Numbered from the stretch's first letter, positions 40,411-49,980 are shown. The stretch is DNA of 64,000 bases from Prochlorococcus sp. AG-424-P18 (GCA_003213235.1 QCNJ01000005.1:6297-70296), one strand, 5' to 3'. Notes: a model not told the origin generated them from the sequence alone. Numbers and translations: made by a program.

Positions 40411-41280
40411 ATGAAATTTTTTTTTATTTTAATTATTTTTTTAATTTTTTTAATTTTTTTAATTTTAAGAGATTACCAAATAAAAAAGAAAAAGTTTAAA
40501 TTAAATAATGCTTTAAATTCCAATTTTTTTATTCAAACAATTAATAATTTAATAGAAGAAAACAAATACAATTTGTTAGAGGAGAGGATCAGATTAAGGG
40601 AAATAGATGCTTACGGTAACGAGGATTATAAAAAGTGGATTGGCAATCCACCTCTTGAGGAAAAAGCTATTGAGAAAAATATATTTAATGGATCCAAGCG
40701 ATTTAAAGAGGGTATACCATACTTCTGGGAAAAAGTAATTTTAAAAAAATTTGGCAGTATAGAATTATTTTTCGAAAAGTGGAGATCATATTGTAATGAA
40801 AATCCTACTATTGATGATGAGATAATTGGATCTATTAGAAAGCTCGAAACTGAAGATTGGTTTATATTCATAGCAAGTCAAATAGAGAAATCATGCTTAA
40901 ACCTAATAGAAAAAAACTACTCAAGTAAAAACAAGGAAAACTACAAAAAAGGTATTAGATTTGAAAATCATTGTATGGAAATTCTTAAACAAAATGGCTG
41001 GGAAGTAAAAGAAACCCCTAATACAGGAGATCAAGGGGTTGACTTAATTGCCTCAATAAATGATTTGAGAATATGTATTCAATGCAAAGATCATGAAAAA
41101 GCTATTGGAAATAAAGCAGTTCAGGAAGTTTCAGCAGGTAAATTATTTTGGAAAGGTACACATGCAATAATAGTCTCAAAATCAGGCTTTACAAAATCTG
41201 CTCATAAACTAGCAAAATCAAATAAAGTGAAACTAATCAATGAATATCAATTAAAAGATTTAGAAAAGTTTATTGTTTAA
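40411..41280 (+). CDS. Membrane-anchored Mrr-like (type IV) restriction endonuclease domain protein
   Basis: N-terminal TM; C-terminal FE...L...GW...TP.TGDQGVDLIA...IQCK...IGNKAVQE...SGFT..A. Confidence 0.85.
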   Translation: MKFFFILIIFLIFLIFLILRDYQIKKKKFKLNNALNSNFFIQTINNLIEENKYNLLEERIRLREIDAYGNEDYKKWIGNPPLEEKAIEKNIFNGSKRFKEGIPYFWEKVILKKFGSIELFFEKWRSYCNENPTIDDEIIGSIRKLETEDWFIFIASQIEKSCLNLIEKNYSSKNKENYKKGIRFENHCMEILKQNGWEVKETPNTGDQGVDLIASINDLRICIQCKDHEKAIGNKAVQEVSAGKLFWKGTHAIIVSKSGFTKSAHKLAKSNKVKLINEYQLKDLEKFIV

Positions 41281-41285
41281 ATAGT

Positions 41286-41690
41286 TTATATCAATTGAGT
41301 TAAGCCCTCTTTGTAAAGCAAAAGTGTTGTAGAAATTCCTGAGGCCCACATTAAACCTCTAGCTGTGGGGATATTAAATACATATGCACCAATATATAAA
41401 AAACGAAAAATAGGATGAATCAATGCTGCAATTATTGCAATATTAGAATCAGTTAAAGTAATCAAACAAAGAAGACATGCGGGTGCATGTAGGGAAATAC
41501 TTTCCCAACAATTTTGATGACACCAAACTGCTCTTTTTCCAAAAGAAGGTAATTCATCGAATAAAGCCCGTGGAGCAGACATATTTTCAACAGAATATCC
41601 CGCTTTAACTCTCCCTATAGTTAATGGAATAATTGATAATAAAACAACACCAACTGATAGACAAAGGCTCCAGGCAAAAGCTACTTGCAT
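41286..41690 (-). CDS. MAPEG family membrane protein
   Basis: PRA...RAVWCHQNCWES...RFLY. Confidence 0.85.
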   Translation of the reverse strand: MQVAFAWSLCLSVGVVLLSIIPLTIGRVKAGYSVENMSAPRALFDELPSFGKRAVWCHQNCWESISLHAPACLLCLITLTDSNIAIIAALIHPIFRFLYIGAYVFNIPTARGLMWASGISTTLLLYKEGLTQLI

Positions 41691-42066
41691 ATGATTTAAG
41701 TAATATTATTAGCTTAATAATTGAAGCTCCTTATCGTGATAAATGAAAAATCATTACCAAAGATAAAACTTTTCAAAAAATGCTGTAATTTATATTAAAA
41801 AAATCATTTTATGGATATTTCAAAGTTAGTTTTAATTTTTGTCATAAGTTTACTAATATATTTTGCTTTTTTATTTTTAGGATTTTTTCTTAAGGATAAA
41901 AATTTAAAGGCTCAGAATCTAAAAAAAGAAGAATAGATAATCAATCCCACAAAAATTTACTATTTTCAAAATATTTTTATATCTTTTTGGATATATTTCA
42001 TGGAAATAAAATTTGATCTAAATAATAATGAGGGATATTGAAATTCAATAAGACAGTTGCCGGTAT

Positions 42067-42360
42067 ATGAAAAAATTTTATAAGTTTCTTAAAAGTTTTC
42101 TATTTATATCACTTTGGCTTATTTTATCCTCATTTTTAACCCAATATTGGAATACCTTTCATTGGGAATATATTTACTTAAACTTCAGAATTATTTTTGA
42201 TAAAGAATTTTGGTTTGTTGTTGAAAAAATTCTTTTAGGATTTGATATTGGTTACTGGTTAGAAGAAGGACTGAAATTCTTAAGTTATGAAATACCTAAA
42301 GAATCATTTAAATATTTACCAATTTATTTCGTATTAAAGTCTATTTGGATAAAGAATTAA
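42067..42360 (+). CDS. Hypothetical membrane protein
   Basis: 97 aa, aromatic-rich. Confidence 0.55.
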   Translation: MKKFYKFLKSFLFISLWLILSSFLTQYWNTFHWEYIYLNFRIIFDKEFWFVVEKILLGFDIGYWLEEGLKFLSYEIPKESFKYLPIYFVLKSIWIKN

Positions 42361-42369
42361 TTTCTATTT

Positions 42370-42912
42370 TTAATAGATTTTAATAAATTCCTTGAAATTC
42401 TTGAATAAAGTCGGTGAATTTTTTTTTCTTAAAACAAATAAAGTTCCTTTATCACCTCTACAGATTCTAAGCTTATTGCTTAAATAAGTTATCTCTAACC
42501 ACCCTAATTGTTCATTATTTATTTCTTGCATAGCCTTTATATTTTTTCTTCCAAATTTAGGACCAATAACACCAGCATGTGTAAATTTGACCCCAATTTT
42601 TTTTTCATTTATGTAATTAAGTCTTATTAAAATGCCAGTACCAATAATTGATTTTATTCCTCTAGGTTTAAGTAAATTAAGACCATTTAAATTTAAGGGA
42701 TCAAGAATTTGAAGGTTATCAATAAAAGGAGAATATTTTAAAAAGGGACTATTAGAACTACTCCACCTAAGCTCCCAAACACCCTGCAAATCATTTCCAT
42801 CTTTGGTGTAGGAAAAATTATGATCAATTTCAAGTTGTTCGGCAATAATACGTATGCTCTCTGAATTTGGAGATTTAAGAAGTAAATTTAATAAATCATT
42901 TTCGGTTTCCAT
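42370..42912 (-). CDS. PAP/fibrillin family protein
   Basis: LQGVWELRWSS, GWLEITYLS..LRICRGDKGTLFVL. Confidence 0.88.
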   Translation of the reverse strand: METENDLLNLLLKSPNSESIRIIAEQLEIDHNFSYTKDGNDLQGVWELRWSSSNSPFLKYSPFIDNLQILDPLNLNGLNLLKPRGIKSIIGTGILIRLNYINEKKIGVKFTHAGVIGPKFGRKNIKAMQEINNEQLGWLEITYLSNKLRICRGDKGTLFVLRKKNSPTLFKNFKEFIKIY

Positions 42913-42988
42913 TTAATAAACGCTGGAGTATATAGCTAAGGATAAATACTTACCTCCATGTGCTATATTCTACCCAGAATATGTTGAT

Positions 42989-43276
42989 TTGATGACAAAG
43001 AGCTATTGGCTAAAGAAAATTTCAATTCCAAATGCTGATTTATTTCTGGAATATATAAGGACAGTATTGCCTTGGATTAAATCTGTGGGAGGAGTAATAG
43101 TAAAAAGAGATTTAATAAAAGAATCAACCTCAAATGAATGGGATGGAGGGCAGCTTGGATTAGTAATTGAATTCGAATCAAAATTTGCTGCTAAAAAAGC
43201 ATTTTATTCTGAAGTATTTCAAAAATACCTGCAGTCCAGAGACTTAATGGAACTAGTTACTATAAGTACTCTTTAA
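42989..43276 (+). CDS. DUF1330 family protein
   Basis: GG..V.R, VIEFES..AAK.AFYSE.FQ. Confidence 0.8.
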   Translation: MMTKSYWLKKISIPNADLFLEYIRTVLPWIKSVGGVIVKRDLIKESTSNEWDGGQLGLVIEFESKFAAKKAFYSEVFQKYLQSRDLMELVTISTL

Positions 43277-43412
43277 AAAATCAACCAATAGCGATCTCAC
43301 ACAAACAATTTATAAGTATTTATTCCTATTAAATTATTTATGTAATATTTATAACTTCACTAGAGATAGCATATTTTGCAAAATTTAATTGTAAAAGTAA
43401 TCCGTTAATCAA

Positions 43413-43592
43413 ATGAACTATTCAACAGAAAAGGACGATTATTTGATGACAACTCCATATACAAAAAAAATTCAGCAAAAATTTGAAAAGGTTAAATCTT
43501 TTTTAGAGCAAAATGGATTTAATCCTTCATCAGAGAGCTTAATGCAAGATATAGTTAGCTCAGAAGAATATATTGCTAAAAATGGATTATAA
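43413..43592 (+). CDS. Small hypothetical protein, 59 aa (not in ORF track)
   Basis: MNYSTEKDDYLMTTPYTKKIQQKFEKVKSFLEQNGFNPSSESLMQDIVSSEEYIAKNGL. Confidence 0.5.
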   Translation: MNYSTEKDDYLMTTPYTKKIQQKFEKVKSFLEQNGFNPSSESLMQDIVSSEEYIAKNGL

Positions 43593-43596
43593 AATA

Positions 43597-43776
43597 TCAG
43601 AATATATTCAGAGTCCTTAAATAATAAAAACCGCCTATTAGAAAAGGTAATAATATTCCAATAAATAAAAATATGGATTTTTTTGATTCGCCTTCTGATA
43701 TCGGGTTAATTTCTGGTTCAATTGCAAAACCATTTTGTCTACCACCGCTTTCGGTTGTATAACCTTTTTTATTCAT
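43597..43776 (-). CDS. Psb34/Ssl1498-like PSII assembly family protein, 59 aa (not in ORF track)
   Basis: MNKKGYTTESGGRQNGFAIEP...C-terminal TM; the YTTE.GGR.N.F..EP motif is characteristic. Confidence 0.75.
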   Translation of the reverse strand: MNKKGYTTESGGRQNGFAIEPEINPISEGESKKSIFLFIGILLPFLIGGFYYLRTLNIF

Positions 43777-43861
43777 AAGAAAAATAATCTATGCAGATTA
43801 TCTCATGTAAAAACTTATTTAAAAAAATTTTTTACATTTAGAATTAAACTAATTTAAAGAT

Positions 43862-43996
43862 CTAATAATTGATTTCAATCTGAGATTTCAATTTGGCAGC
43901 TTTCTTTAAAAGACCTACAACTTCCTTACGGCCAGTAGCAAACTCAGCCTTGTTAAGTAACTCGCTATATTTTTTTGTGATTTCTCTGTGGTTCAT
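43862..43996 (-). CDS. Small helical protein, 44 aa (not in ORF track)
   Basis: MNHREITKKYSELLNKAEFATGRKEVVGLLKKAAKLKSQIEINY. Confidence 0.6.
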   Translation of the reverse strand: MNHREITKKYSELLNKAEFATGRKEVVGLLKKAAKLKSQIEINY

Positions 43997-44082
43997 TTTG
44001 AGTGTTATCTTCAATGAATTATAAAATTCCTAAAAAAAGTTTTTGTATAAAAGACATCAAAAAAGAGTTTAAGTACCTTTAC

Positions 44083-44385
44083 CTATTTAAACCAACCTTT
44101 TTTCTTTGGTTTAATCTCTTCTTTAATAACTTCTTTTTTTCTCCCAAATAATCCCTTTTTTTGGACTGTTAAATTCTCTTCAACAGGTTTAGATTTTCTA
44201 TTAAATAAGCCCTTTTTAGGTTCTTTTTTACTTGATTCTTTTTTGTTGGAAATCTTTGTTTTTTCAGGATTTGATTTTGAATTTTTGGCTTTGCTATCTG
44301 CGAATAAAGTTTGATATACAAAAAAACCAAAAACAGCAAAGAAGCCTAATGCCTGCACTAGAGCAGTTCCAAGATTATCAAACAT
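44083..44385 (-). CDS. Membrane-anchored Lys-rich protein with KKG(L/W)F repeats
   Basis: TM then KKGLFN, KKGLFG, KKGWFK. Confidence 0.7.
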   Translation of the reverse strand: MFDNLGTALVQALGFFAVFGFFVYQTLFADSKAKNSKSNPEKTKISNKKESSKKEPKKGLFNRKSKPVEENLTVQKKGLFGRKKEVIKEEIKPKKKGWFK

Positions 44386-44571
44386 TTAGGCCTCAACTTT
44401 GTATAGTGATTCTTTTTCTTTCGCTTCTATACATTTTTTATCATCAGACAAGCATTCAATTTCTGCCTTCTTCTCAATATGAGAACTGCAGCCACCTGCA
44501 TTTACATTAGATATTGAAAACAAAGGTAGTACCCCTAAGATTAAGGCGCATGAGGTGTTAATCGGTTTCAT
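44386..44571 (-). CDS. Small secreted Cys/His protein, 61 aa
   Basis: Signal peptide ending VNA, then GGCSSH...CLSDDKKC. Confidence 0.65.
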   Translation of the reverse strand: MKPINTSCALILGVLPLFSISNVNAGGCSSHIEKKAEIECLSDDKKCIEAKEKESLYKVEA

Positions 44572-44656
44572 GAGTTTTATTTTTATTATGGAAAAATAAT
44601 TTCGCAATTGCGAAGATAATCTTCTCTTCTGCTAAAAGTATCCCTTTTTTATATAT

Positions 44657-44836
44657 CTATTTGTAGTAATTAACTAAATCGATAATTAATATTGCTAGTA
44701 ATGAAAAACCTAAAATGAAAGGTAAATAAGGATATTTATTTAAAATTTTGTTTAATTGATTTTTCGATGTTTGTTTTTCCTTTTTCTTTTCTCTAGGTGG
44801 TAAGCCTAACTCTTCCCTTCTCTTAGCTTCTCCCAT
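44657..44836 (-). CDS. DUF2839 family protein
   Basis: MGEAKRREELGLPPR N-terminus plus TM. Confidence 0.8.
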   Translation of the reverse strand: MGEAKRREELGLPPREKKKEKQTSKNQLNKILNKYPYLPFILGFSLLAILIIDLVNYYK

Positions 44837-44961
44837 AATTTTTAAACTGTTTAAGACTATTTTATACACTTAGAAAAAGTAGTGTATTGTTCTTGATTTA
44901 AATTATTAACGGTTAATTTAATTTAAATTTTGGATATATTAAAAATATATAAAAAAATAAC

Positions 44962-45069
44962 ATGATAGAAGTAGTTTGGTCAGTAAATATAATGATTGCA
45001 ATTCTTATTATTGGTGTTGCCTGGGTTCTTTATTACATATTTACTTATGATCAAAAATTTACTTCCTAG
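44962..45069 (+). CDS. Small single-TM peptide, 35 aa (not in ORF track)
   Basis: MIEVVWSVNIMIAILIIGVAWVLYYIFTYDQKFTS, ends 4 nt before the next gene. Confidence 0.55.
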   Translation: MIEVVWSVNIMIAILIIGVAWVLYYIFTYDQKFTS

Positions 45070-45073
45070 ATAA

Positions 45074-45256
45074 ATGTCAGATAAAGATCTAAGTAATTTT
45101 CTAAAAAAAATAGAGCAACTTAATCAAATTGCTGAGCTAATAAAAAATAATCCTAGTAAAAAGTTATCCCTTTCAAAATGCAAGAATCATGATGAAGTAA
45201 TTAGATTAACCACTGAATGGGGTTTTGATATTGGTAAAAGGTGGGGAGAATATTAA
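45074..45256 (+). CDS. Nif11-like domain protein without core peptide
   Basis: MS.KDL..FL.K...L..C..H.EVI.L..EWGF. Confidence 0.65.
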   Translation: MSDKDLSNFLKKIEQLNQIAELIKNNPSKKLSLSKCKNHDEVIRLTTEWGFDIGKRWGEY

Positions 45257-45341
45257 TTGATTTTATTACCAGCATTATTAAAAATGCCATCAACTTCAAA
45301 TTAAATTCCTAAGATTAATTAGTATTTCTTGTATTGGAGTT

Positions 45342-46112
45342 ATGAAAGAAATTGGAGAGATAAAGTCAAATATATATAAAATAGCTGCTGTTACCGATAG
45401 AGGGCAAAGATTAAATAAATTAATTTCTCCTATGTATGAGGAAAAAGCTAATGAAATGGATAAATTGATTGATGCTCTTAAGGACTTTAGTTTTGAAATG
45501 TCAGAAGAATTATTGTCTGGAGAGTGGGAATTGATTTTTTCTAATGTTGAATTATTTCGAAGTTCTCCTTTCTTCCTTGCTATTGAAAAGGCATTAAATG
45601 ATGAATTTAAAAGTAATCTTTTTTTTAAATTACATCAATTGCAAGTAGGATCCTTTGGCATATCAACTATTGGGAGAATTGCTCAAAAGATTGATTTTGA
45701 AAAAAAAGAATTTATATCTACTTTTGACACTACAATATTTGGGCTCACAACAATTCCTATCTTGGGTTGGTTCAAACTATTACCTACTTTTGGTGGAAGA
45801 GTAATAACCCTAGCAAGTGATTTAGTTTTAAGAAATAATTTACTTGATATGAACTTACAAAAGACAAAAGTTTCCAAAGTTGATGGACTTAATAAGATTC
45901 CATTATTTAGTGAATTACTTATGGATAGATGGTATCCAGTTAAAGAGGTATGGAATAAGTTACCTTGGAATAAAGAATCGCCAAATTGCCAGGTTTCAAT
46001 TGTATATTTAGACGATGAAATGAGAATTATGCAGGATATGTATGGGTCTATTTTTATTTATATAAGGCCTACAATTTCCTTGTTGAATTCAAATAAAATC
46101 TCAAATAATTAA
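45342..46112 (+). CDS. PAP/fibrillin family protein
   Basis: A.TDRG, LSGEWELIFS, FRSSPFF, YLDDEMRI. Confidence 0.85.
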   Translation: MKEIGEIKSNIYKIAAVTDRGQRLNKLISPMYEEKANEMDKLIDALKDFSFEMSEELLSGEWELIFSNVELFRSSPFFLAIEKALNDEFKSNLFFKLHQLQVGSFGISTIGRIAQKIDFEKKEFISTFDTTIFGLTTIPILGWFKLLPTFGGRVITLASDLVLRNNLLDMNLQKTKVSKVDGLNKIPLFSELLMDRWYPVKEVWNKLPWNKESPNCQVSIVYLDDEMRIMQDMYGSIFIYIRPTISLLNSNKISNN

Positions 46113-46243
46113 TTAAAACACTGAATAATAATTTTGTAATTTATAGAAAAAACCATTAAAAATTTATTTTAAAGATTAATTAATAAAAACATCTCACATC
46201 TTAAATACAAATAGGTTATGTTCATAATGAACATTTTTTTATT

Positions 46244-46559
46244 ATGCTTAGAAATCAAGAAAAAAATTCAGTTGTTAGAGGAATATTCCTAATAGGAGGT
46301 TGGGGCTTAGGTCTAGACAGATTCTACGAAGGAGATAAAAAAAGGTGGTTTTTTATCAATCATTGGTTGGAGTATCACATTTTTTAGCTTTATATTTCTT
46401 AAATGTTCAGGTTATGAATATGTTGAGGGTGTGAAAAATTATTCAAATTATTCCCCTAACCCTTTAATAGTATTACCTTTACTGGCAGGATCATATGGTG
46501 GATTTCTAATAATTAAGAAGGCATTTAGATTAGCAAAACAATTTGAGAATGCTGAATAA
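46244..46559 (+). pseudogene. TM2-like membrane protein gene with a +1 frameshift in an A7 run
   Basis: MLRNQEK...GGWGLGLDRFYEGDKK, then an extra A in 46337-46343; removing it gives GGFLSIIGWS...RLAKQFENAE, 104 aa (span 316 nt = 3n+1). Confidence 0.7.
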
Positions 46560-46835
46560 TACTACCAGCAGTTAAATTCAAGATAATAATCCTGATCCTT
46601 TCAAATAAAATTTAAATAAAAGAATCACTAAAAGGTTTACTATTGCTAAGGCTACTAAACCATTTCTGTTTTTTACATCTAATTTTTTGACTAAATTAGA
46701 AAGATAAACTACTGGATTTTCTGGCTCTTTATTATCCAAATTTTTTTTAAATATTAATTTGACAAGAAAATATCACAGTTTCATTTGAAGAATCAAAATT
46801 GTAAAGATGAATATCCAAAAAGAAATAAATAATTT

Positions 46836-47210
46836 TTAACCCATAATTCCTGCATTTCTTAAAAACGCCTTACCCATATTGCCAATTACAAAAAAGAGAG
46901 ACAGATTAATTAAAAGGACTATTAATAATGCCAACATTTTATAGTTTGGATTAGTTGAAATGCCATCAAATCCATTATTAAGAAATCTTTTAAAAAGTGA
47001 TTTGTCAATTTTTAGTTTTTGTTGCTCAGAATCAAGTTTTACTTTTTCTTCTGAAGAACCTTGATTACTTGCTTTCTCTAGAAATTCTGTAAATGCCTTA
47101 ACATTTTCTTCTTTTTTATTCCCCTCATTAAGATCTTTATTGTCTTCATTCAAATTGGGGGACGATTCTATTGAATTATTTTCCTCAGGATTAAGTTTTG
47201 AATCTTCCAA
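46836..47210 (-). CDS. Hypothetical protein with acidic N-terminus and C-terminal TM
   Basis: 124-aa ORF, TTG start. Confidence 0.65.
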   Translation of the reverse strand: MEDSKLNPEENNSIESSPNLNEDNKDLNEGNKKEENVKAFTEFLEKASNQGSSEEKVKLDSEQQKLKIDKSLFKRFLNNGFDGISTNPNYKMLALLIVLLINLSLFFVIGNMGKAFLRNAGIMG

Positions 47211-47244
47211 ATTAATAGTAAATGCTAGGAGTATATTACACCAT

Positions 47245-47279
47245 AAAAAAAACCCACTCGATCAATTGAAGAGAGGGTT
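47245..47279 (-). terminator. Orphan minus-strand terminator (possible sRNA 3' end)
   Basis: Minus strand AACCCTCTCTTCAATTGATCGAGTGGG followed by T8. Confidence 0.5.
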
Positions 47280-47389
47280 AGCTAAGGTTAAAGTTCTTAA
47301 ATTGATAATAATTTATTTTAATTAAATTTGCGGTTGTAGAATAATGAAGTTTTAAATTAGATTATATTCAAGGTGATATTTTCGTACAT

Positions 47390-47596
47390 ATATTAGATGC
47401 AAATACTAAAAAAGCATGTAAAGATGATCCCTCAATAAGAGATATTAAAATTAGAAATATAGAACATGCTATTGAACAAGCAGAATTGATGATAAAAGAA
47501 TCAAAAATGAGCCAAGAAGAATTAATCTTTTTAAAAAGAAAAATATCGGACTCAAGACAAGATTTAGAGATACTTTATTTAATGAAAATTAAATGA
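47390..47596 (+). CDS. 68-codon protein-like frame with ATA at the expected start
   Basis: ILDANTKKACKDDPSIRDIKIRNIEHAIEQAELMIKESKMSQEELIFLKRKISDSRQDLEILYLMKIK; no ATG/GTG/TTG in the 5' part. Confidence 0.45.
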   Translation: MLDANTKKACKDDPSIRDIKIRNIEHAIEQAELMIKESKMSQEELIFLKRKISDSRQDLEILYLMKIK

Positions 47597-47877
47597 ATAT
47601 AAATTTTTTAATCTTTAAAAGGATTGAATTTATACAAAGAAAATTAATTTGTATATTTGAAGACTTATAAAGTTTAAAGGGAATGTAATTATTTGTATAA
47701 AGGTTCTAGTTATGTCTAAAAATAATCTATATATACCTTTAAAGGTTGTTCCATATATCTTCATTTCAATTACTGCCATAGCAATAACAGCAGCTACATA
47801 TGTAATTACTTAGTTCTATAAGCTATGTAAAGTTTTTAGATATTAAATAAATTAAAATATTTGTAATAACTAATTGT

Positions 47878-48120
47878 ATGAATAAATTCAAAATAGCAAT
47901 TTTTACAATATCAATAATCATATTTTCCCTAATTGGGATTAAAAAATTTATTTATATAAATCAAGTCAAAGATATAAAAAATAAAGAAGAATCATTCTTA
48001 AATGAATCTATACGTGTTTTAAATGAATGTTTCGATCTAGAAAATAAAAATAAAAGAACTCTTAATAAATCAATTGAATTAATTGAGTATTGCTTAGAGG
48101 AATATGGATATAAAAACTGA
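47878..48120 (+). CDS. Hypothetical membrane-anchored protein
   Basis: TM plus two Cys. Confidence 0.55.
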   Translation: MNKFKIAIFTISIIIFSLIGIKKFIYINQVKDIKNKEESFLNESIRVLNECFDLENKNKRTLNKSIELIEYCLEEYGYKN

Positions 48121-48245
48121 TTTCAAAACTTGAATGATGAATTTCCTTAATACTCCACTAATATACAAAAAAATTTTCTCATCAATAATCTTGTTATGTT
48201 CCATAATTTTTTATTAATAATATTTTCTTAATTTAATTTTTTAAA

Positions 48246-48653
48246 ATGACTAAAGTTAAATGTTCTTATTTAGGGAATTTAAACTGTGAGGCTATTCATC
48301 TACAATCTGGAAGTCTTATTAGAACTGATGCACCTTTAGATCACTGCGGTAAAGGTGAAAGTTTTTCCCCAACTGATTTATTAGCAACATCTCTAGGTAC
48401 TTGCCTGCTAACCATCATGGCAATCAAAGCCAAATCGAAAGGATTTGATTTGAAAGGTATATATTTAAATATTGAAAAAGTAATGACACAAAATAGTGAG
48501 AGGAAGATAAAAGAACTAATAATAGATATTTTCATACCAGAGAGCACTTCTAATGAAACTATTGATTTTTTGAAAAAAGCTTCCAAAGAATGTCCAGTTA
48601 CAAGAAATTTATCTCAAGAAATAGATATTAAGACTAGTTGGCATCATGAATAA
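48246..48653 (+). CDS. OsmC/Ohr family protein
   Basis: TDAP...G.GESFSPTDLLATSLGTC...CPV. Confidence 0.88.
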   Translation: MTKVKCSYLGNLNCEAIHLQSGSLIRTDAPLDHCGKGESFSPTDLLATSLGTCLLTIMAIKAKSKGFDLKGIYLNIEKVMTQNSERKIKELIIDIFIPESTSNETIDFLKKASKECPVTRNLSQEIDIKTSWHHE

Positions 48654-48869
48654 ATCTCAAACATAGTAATTACATAAAAAATAATGAAATACTTTATTGG
48701 AATAATCATTCTTTTATTTGGAATATATGTAATGACAGACTTGGCATTAAAGACTAGGTATACAAGGAAAAGACTTTCAAAAGGAAAAAAATAAATCCTA
48801 TAAATTTTAATATTGCAGATTAAGGAAATAGATTTATTTTTGTACTGAGAATTAAGGTATATTTTAGTT

Positions 48870-49154
48870 TTATTTTTTTACTATTTTTTGGTCAATCAAA
48901 CTAATCAAAGGGATCATGAAATTTACATTTATTCCAACAGTGCACCATGTATAAATAATAAGAAAAAATATTTTTATAAATAAATTAGGGGGTAAGGTGA
49001 AAAATATTTTGAAAAACCCTCCAATGAATAATACCAATATTCCAATTTGCAAAAGACCTTTGATTATCCATTTAACTCCATTTTTTTTAATATTTAAATA
49101 AAACCAGAAAAAAACAAAACTAGATAACAATAAATATATAAAATTTATGATCAT
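48870..49154 (-). CDS. Hypothetical membrane protein
   Basis: 94 aa, 3 TM. Confidence 0.6.
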   Translation of the reverse strand: MIINFIYLLLSSFVFFWFYLNIKKNGVKWIIKGLLQIGILVLFIGGFFKIFFTLPPNLFIKIFFLIIYTWCTVGINVNFMIPLISLIDQKIVKK

Positions 49155-49293
49155 CTTTTCAGAGAAAATCTAATAAATTTGCCATTATCAAGGCATTATG
49201 ACAATTATCACTTTTTTATCTGCTAATTTTTTTTAAAAATGGAAAAGTTATACAAAAAACAATAAAAATAAATTATTTTTTTTACTTCTTATT

Positions 49294-49677
49294 TTAAAAC
49301 ATTTTAGATTTTAGTAAATCAACTCTTTTTTGATTCACTCCCAAATCACTTTCTCCAACTCTTGATTCTGATCTTATTGATAAGATGTTTGATTCAGGTA
49401 GAAAGGATACTTCTAAGTCGTCTACATACTTCATCCATTTACTGGTTGTCTCAGCATGAAGATAATCGCCATCTATTTCTACAATCTCAGTTCTTGGAGT
49501 GTTTTCGATAAATGTTTTAATCTCTTCAAAAGGTCTCTCAATTTTATTAACCTCCCATTCTTCTCGTACACAATGAGCAATCTCTACACAAGGTTTTAGT
49601 TCTATATGTGAGGCAAATGATGAAGAAGGGAATAAAAAGCTTGAACAAATTAAAATTGTTAAAAAAAGTATTTGCAT
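49294..49677 (-). CDS. DUF1499 family protein
   Basis: L.PC...HCV, YLHAE..S....YVDDLE, RSESRVGESDLGVN..RV. Confidence 0.85.
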   Translation of the reverse strand: MQILFLTILICSSFLFPSSSFASHIELKPCVEIAHCVREEWEVNKIERPFEEIKTFIENTPRTEIVEIDGDYLHAETTSKWMKYVDDLEVSFLPESNILSIRSESRVGESDLGVNQKRVDLLKSKMF

Positions 49678-49807
49678 TAACAGAAGAATTTAACGGCTTA
49701 TAATCTAACGAATTAAATGACTAATTTGTAATGACGACCTAATTATTTTGGAAGAAAGCATTTTTGTTTTTATATTCAGAATTTAATATTTATTTCTAAT
49801 AATCCCC

Positions 49808-49902
49808 AAAAAAAAAGACCCCTCAAAGAGAGATCTTTTAAAATTGATTTATATCAAGTGTTTCCTTGTTTCCACCAGAATAAATCAATTCCTCCTACAC
49901 AC
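49808..49902 (-). ncRNA. Yfr2-family sRNA
   Basis: Minus strand 5'-GTGTGTAGGAGG, stem AATTGATTTAT/ATAAATCAATT enclosing GGAAACAAGGAAACA, terminator hairpin and U-tract. Confidence 0.85.
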
Positions 49903-49980
49903 AAACTAACTATCTCACTTAAATTCAAAATATGTAATGCTTAATAGACCTCTATTTTAACTGTCACATCTCAAAAAATA

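Noticed and set aside
45074-45256. Nif11-like ORF as a prochlorosin/RiPP precursor
   Set aside because: No double-glycine site or Cys/Ser/Thr-rich core, and no LanM or peptidase-ABC transporter in the window.
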